Shown here: positions 60,427 to 64,000 of the stretch, one piece after another | How the letters are laid out: each line of letters opens with the position of its first letter | How positions within the stretch are numbered: the stretch's first letter is position 1 | Assembly (NCBI GenBank): GCA_963664305.2 | Contig: CAXXLV010000002.1 | Coordinates: 256,001 to 320,000, forward strand | DNA from: an uncultured Aliarcobacter sp. | Lineage (GTDB): Bacteria > Campylobacterota > Campylobacteria > Campylobacterales > Arcobacteraceae | Reading direction: 5' to 3' | Length of the DNA: 64,000 nucleotides | The notes under the pieces: generated by a model | Database searches by the model: none | Told to the model about the DNA's origin: nothing | What the model saw: only the letters and a program-made list of their open reading frames with translations | Made by a program: the position numbers and the translations under genes

Positions 60427-60738
60427 AGTGAAAAATATCAAAAATTTCGCACTTTATATAAAAATAAATATTATACAAATAATTAAATATTAATATATAT
60501 AATAATACATACAAAATGTAATAAAAATATTTTAAATTGCTATAAAATAGGCTTTTATTGGAAAAATAATTTTTTTAAAAAATCAATAAAATTTTAACTT
60601 TCAAATAATCAAATAAAAATAAAAATGTAGTATACAAAATGAATATATTTAAATATATAAAATACTATACATAAATTCAAATTAGTAGATATAAATTTAT
60701 TGTATGTTAGAATAAAAATAAAATTAGGAAACAATTTT

Positions 60739-61155
60739 ATGATTAAAACAACCTCTTTAATATCTGATGAAAATGGATATAAGAAATATAATCTTTTTGA
60801 AATACATGAAGATTTAGAATCAATTATTGCAGATGATTATCTTGACTTTTCATCTAAGGAATTTAAAAAAGATTCATATTGTGAATTGATGTATAAAAAG
60901 AATTTCTATGATAAATATGATAAAGAAATTTATAAAGAAGTATATGAAAAATATATTGATAACGAAAAATTTAAAGATAAAGCAAAATTTGTTTATAGCA
61001 TTATTGATTATGATAAATATATAAAGTTTGTTGAACTTAATGAAACAATAGAAAATCCAGATGAATTGATTATTTCCTATAGTGTTGTTGATAGTGAGGG
61101 AGTAAAAGTTAATATTTATAATATTGGAATTAGGGATATAGCTTTTGTATTTTAA
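60739..61155 (+). CDS. Hypothetical protein
   Basis: ATG 60739 after AGGA (start moved from 60700); acidic and Tyr-rich. Confidence 0.7.
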   Translation: MIKTTSLISDENGYKKYNLFEIHEDLESIIADDYLDFSSKEFKKDSYCELMYKKNFYDKYDKEIYKEVYEKYIDNEKFKDKAKFVYSIIDYDKYIKFVELNETIENPDELIISYSVVDSEGVKVNIYNIGIRDIAFVF

Positions 61156-61322
61156 AAGAAAGGAAATTTATTTTCTTTCTTTTTCTTCATTTATTTCATT
61201 ATCTTTTTTACTATTCGAATAACAATTAAAACTAAGTAATTTAATTTTTTCTTTTGATTTTACCTAAAGCTATTTTTGATAAAATCTTAAACTTTAAATA
61301 AACCTAACATTGGAGATTATCA

Positions 61323-63419
61323 ATGCATCATAGCTCTGATATAAATTCAGTTTGTACATATTGCGGTACAGGATGTGATATTACAGCACAAGTTGAAGAT
61401 AACAAAATTATAAAGATATATGCTCAAAACGATGGATATGTATCTCAGGGAAAACTTTGTATAAAAGGTGCACAAGGTTTTACTTTTGTTGATTCAAAAG
61501 AGAGAATTAGAAATGCAAGAGTGAAAAAACTTTTCATTGAAAAAAATAGTGAAGAATTACCAAGAGAATTAAAAGCTAGAGTTAAAACATTAAAAGAGTT
61601 TGATGAAACATATTATGAAGTTCCGTATGAGTTTGCTACATCATTAGCAGCATGGAAACTAATGGATATAAAAGAAAAATATGGAAGACATGCTTTTTGT
61701 GGAATGGGAGGAGCTAGAACTTCATGTGAGAGTGCTTATGTTTTCCAAAAATTTGTAAGAGATGCTATGAATTCTCCTCATGTTGATAACTGTGCTAGGG
61801 TTTGTCACTCACCATCACTAAAAGGTATGAGAACAACTATTGGAGAAGGAGCTGCTACTAATCCTTTTGATGATATTTATCAAACTGAAAATATCATCGT
61901 AATGGGTTCAAATACAACTGAAGCTCATCCAATTGTTGCAAATAGAATTATCAAAGCTGTTAGAGATAAAACAGCAACATTGAGTGTACTTGATGTTAGA
62001 GAAACACAACTTGCTAAGTTTGGTGAAGCAGTTGTAATTCCATATGAAGCAAATCTATTAGTTTTAAATATGATGGCATATGTAATTTTAAAAGAGGAAC
62101 TTTATAATAAAGAGTTTATAAATTCAAGATGTATTGGTTTTGAAGATTATAAAGAATCAATTTTAAATGACCCTTATGCAAATCCTGAATTTATGGCTCA
62201 AGTTAAAGGTTATGAATATTTAGTAGAACAAATTCCTACTGTTGCAAGACTTTATGCAACAAAAAAATCAATGTTCTTTTGGGGACTTGGAATTACTGAG
62301 CATTTAGATGGAAGTTATGCTGTTATGGCAATTACACATTTAGCAATGCTAACTGGAAATATTGGAAAAACTGGTGCTGGATTAATGCCACTTCGAGGTC
62401 AAAACAATGTTCAAGGTGCATGTGATACGGGTTGTTTACCATATTATGGACCTGATTATTCTGTTCCTGAAGAAATTGGATTAATGACACCACAACTAAT
62501 TGATGAAATGATAGCTGGACGTGTAAAAGCTATGTATGTAATGGGTGAAGATATCGCTCATATTCATCCAAATCAAAATAAAGTTCATAAAGGTTTAGCA
62601 AATTTAGAATTAATCATTTCAAATGAATTATTTATGAATGAAGTTACAAAAATGGCAGATATTATCTTTGGTGTAAAATCAGCTTATGAAAAAACAGGTG
62701 TTTATGTAAATGCTATGAGAAGATTACATCTTTCTCAACCTTTAGTTGATACAGATTTACCTGATGATTGGGAAGTTTTAAGAGATATTGAAAATAAAAT
62801 CAATGGAGAGTTTGAGTTCAAAGATAGTGAAGATGTTTGGAATGAAGCAAAAGAAGCAGTTGGTTCTAGATTCTCAGGAGCAACATATCACAAACTTTCA
62901 AAAAATAGAAATAGAGGAATGCTTTGGCCAATTAAAAAAGATGATACTCCAATACTTCACGTTGAAGATTTTAGAACAGAAGATGGAAAAGGAAAGTTTG
63001 CTTATCATCAATATCAATTAAGAGAGCAAATCAAAAAACTTGTAAACAACGAAGAGTTTGCTTCAAATGAGTTTTATTTAACAACAGGAAGAACTATTGT
63101 TCAATATAATAACGCAGCTCAAACACAAAGAAGTGAAGCTTTAAATTCAAGATATGATAGAGATGTTGTTTTAGCTTCAATTGAAGATAAAGATAGAATT
63201 GGAAGTAATGAAATCATAATGAGAACACAGTATGGTGAAACAGCAATTTTACCTGTAAAATTTGTTAAAACTATAAAACCTGGAACTCTATTTACAACAT
63301 TCCATCATGCAGCATCAAAAGTAAACTATATTTTTGGTGATGAGGCTGATGAATTGATTATGACTGCAAAGTTTAAATCAATTAGAGTAGAAATAGAACC
63401 AATTTCAAATGCATCATAA
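61323..63419 (+). CDS. Cytoplasmic formate dehydrogenase alpha-like molybdopterin oxidoreductase (FdhH/FdhF-like, Cys-type)
   Basis: CTYCGTGC..C 4Fe-4S motif; NCARVCHSPS; PLRGQNNVQG; no Tat signal. Confidence 0.85.
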   Translation: MHHSSDINSVCTYCGTGCDITAQVEDNKIIKIYAQNDGYVSQGKLCIKGAQGFTFVDSKERIRNARVKKLFIEKNSEELPRELKARVKTLKEFDETYYEVPYEFATSLAAWKLMDIKEKYGRHAFCGMGGARTSCESAYVFQKFVRDAMNSPHVDNCARVCHSPSLKGMRTTIGEGAATNPFDDIYQTENIIVMGSNTTEAHPIVANRIIKAVRDKTATLSVLDVRETQLAKFGEAVVIPYEANLLVLNMMAYVILKEELYNKEFINSRCIGFEDYKESILNDPYANPEFMAQVKGYEYLVEQIPTVARLYATKKSMFFWGLGITEHLDGSYAVMAITHLAMLTGNIGKTGAGLMPLRGQNNVQGACDTGCLPYYGPDYSVPEEIGLMTPQLIDEMIAGRVKAMYVMGEDIAHIHPNQNKVHKGLANLELIISNELFMNEVTKMADIIFGVKSAYEKTGVYVNAMRRLHLSQPLVDTDLPDDWEVLRDIENKINGEFEFKDSEDVWNEAKEAVGSRFSGATYHKLSKNRNRGMLWPIKKDDTPILHVEDFRTEDGKGKFAYHQYQLREQIKKLVNNEEFASNEFYLTTGRTIVQYNNAAQTQRSEALNSRYDRDVVLASIEDKDRIGSNEIIMRTQYGETAILPVKFVKTIKPGTLFTTFHHAASKVNYIFGDEADELIMTAKFKSIRVEIEPISNAS

Positions 63420-63449
63420 AAAAGATAAACCTTTATAGGTTTGTCTTTT
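63420..63449. terminator. Bidirectional terminator
   Basis: AAAAGATAAACCT/AGGTTTGTCTTTT between convergent genes. Confidence 0.7.
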
Positions 63450-63452
63450 AAT

Positions 63453-63848
63453 TTATATACTACAAAGAGCTGTTAAATAAGCTTGCTCTTGATATTTCTT
63501 TAACTCTTTTGGAAAACTAATCTGATTCTTTTTTTCATAACTAGTTATAGTTTGACTTGAAACTAAATCAACATTACAAAACGGATTTAGTTGTATTAAT
63601 CCTTCAATTTTAAAAGTAACTGCTCCACCTGAAAAAGCACCTTTTTTTGCTCGTTTTTTTATAAATACTTTTTCTATCTCATTTTTTTGTAAGAAATCTA
63701 AAAACTCATTACAAAACTTTCTAATATCTTCTTGTTTTTCATCATCTTCAACTATAATTTTTTTAATTTTTGTTTCTATATAACTACCATTTTTTAATAT
63801 AACTAAAATCACATTATTAGCTTTTAATTCAATTCCACAAATATTCAT
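63453..63848 (-). CDS. DUF3010-family protein
   Basis: MNICGIELK, KGAFSGGAVTFKIEGLIQL; start moved to 63848 after AAGG. Confidence 0.8.
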   Translation of the reverse strand: MNICGIELKANNVILVILKNGSYIETKIKKIIVEDDEKQEDIRKFCNEFLDFLQKNEIEKVFIKKRAKKGAFSGGAVTFKIEGLIQLNPFCNVDLVSSQTITSYEKKNQISFPKELKKYQEQAYLTALCSI

Positions 63849-64000
63849 TTTATACCTTGATTTTTTAATATTAAACAAATTATAGTCAAGAATTTTTTTC
63901 TAAATGGATTTTATTGCAAATTGTAATAAAAGTAAAAAAAATTATTTATAACTAATGGTTAACTTTTTTATTTTAAAATCTAATAATAAAATAATTTAGG

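Noticed and set aside
880..63021. Many short ORFs nested in or antisense to long genes (e.g. 880-1212, 8023-8286, 26910-27413, 44792-45034, 50293-50511, 62788-63021)
   Set aside because: Shadow frames of well-supported genes, with no motifs or SD.
61323..63419. Selenocysteine recoding in the FDH-like gene or the hydrogenases
   Set aside because: The frames are uninterrupted and the active-site codons are Cys; no in-frame TGA.
1..64000. CRISPR arrays, tRNA/rRNA, IS elements, integron or prophage
   Set aside because: No regularly spaced repeats, GC-rich structural RNA blocks, transposases, integrases or phage genes seen by eye; not checked computationally.

Overview
Very AT-rich chromosomal window that looks like Arcobacteraceae (Arcobacter/Aliarcobacter, Campylobacterota); this is inferred from gene content and composition. 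I found no rRNA, tRNA, CRISPR, IS or phage genes. The first 25 kb holds housekeeping and accessory genes: an MCP tail, YcaO, RhlE, a chromosomal class D beta-lactamase, glyA with ada and an HhH glycosylase, a Kef-type antiporter, MFS and BCCT transporters, a GH17-GT2 glucan synthase and a BdbC/BdbD/TlpA redox operon. Next come a lipid region (mlaA-mlaC-MMPL-LOG and fadD-fadI-fadJ-fadE plus an acyltransferase-esterase fusion), acnB, a hydrogenase island and a stand-alone formate-dehydrogenase-like gene. The island reads tetR, cytoplasmic group-2-type hupSL, membrane-bound hydABCD, hydE, VIT1, a HypF-like paralog, hypF. The most striking signal is a candidate H2-responsive circuit. Its parts are a TetR gene whose complete HTH needs a non-canonical start (ATT), a coupled unprocessed sensor-like hydrogenase, and four TGAAT-N4-ATTCA palindromes at the hydA and maturation-gene promoters. 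Other signals are a candidate anti-Shine-Dalgarno sRNA, an intragenic terminator gating the dsb operon, two unannotated small ORFs, and a TGTAYA-N5-TGTAYA motif shared by acnB and rraA.
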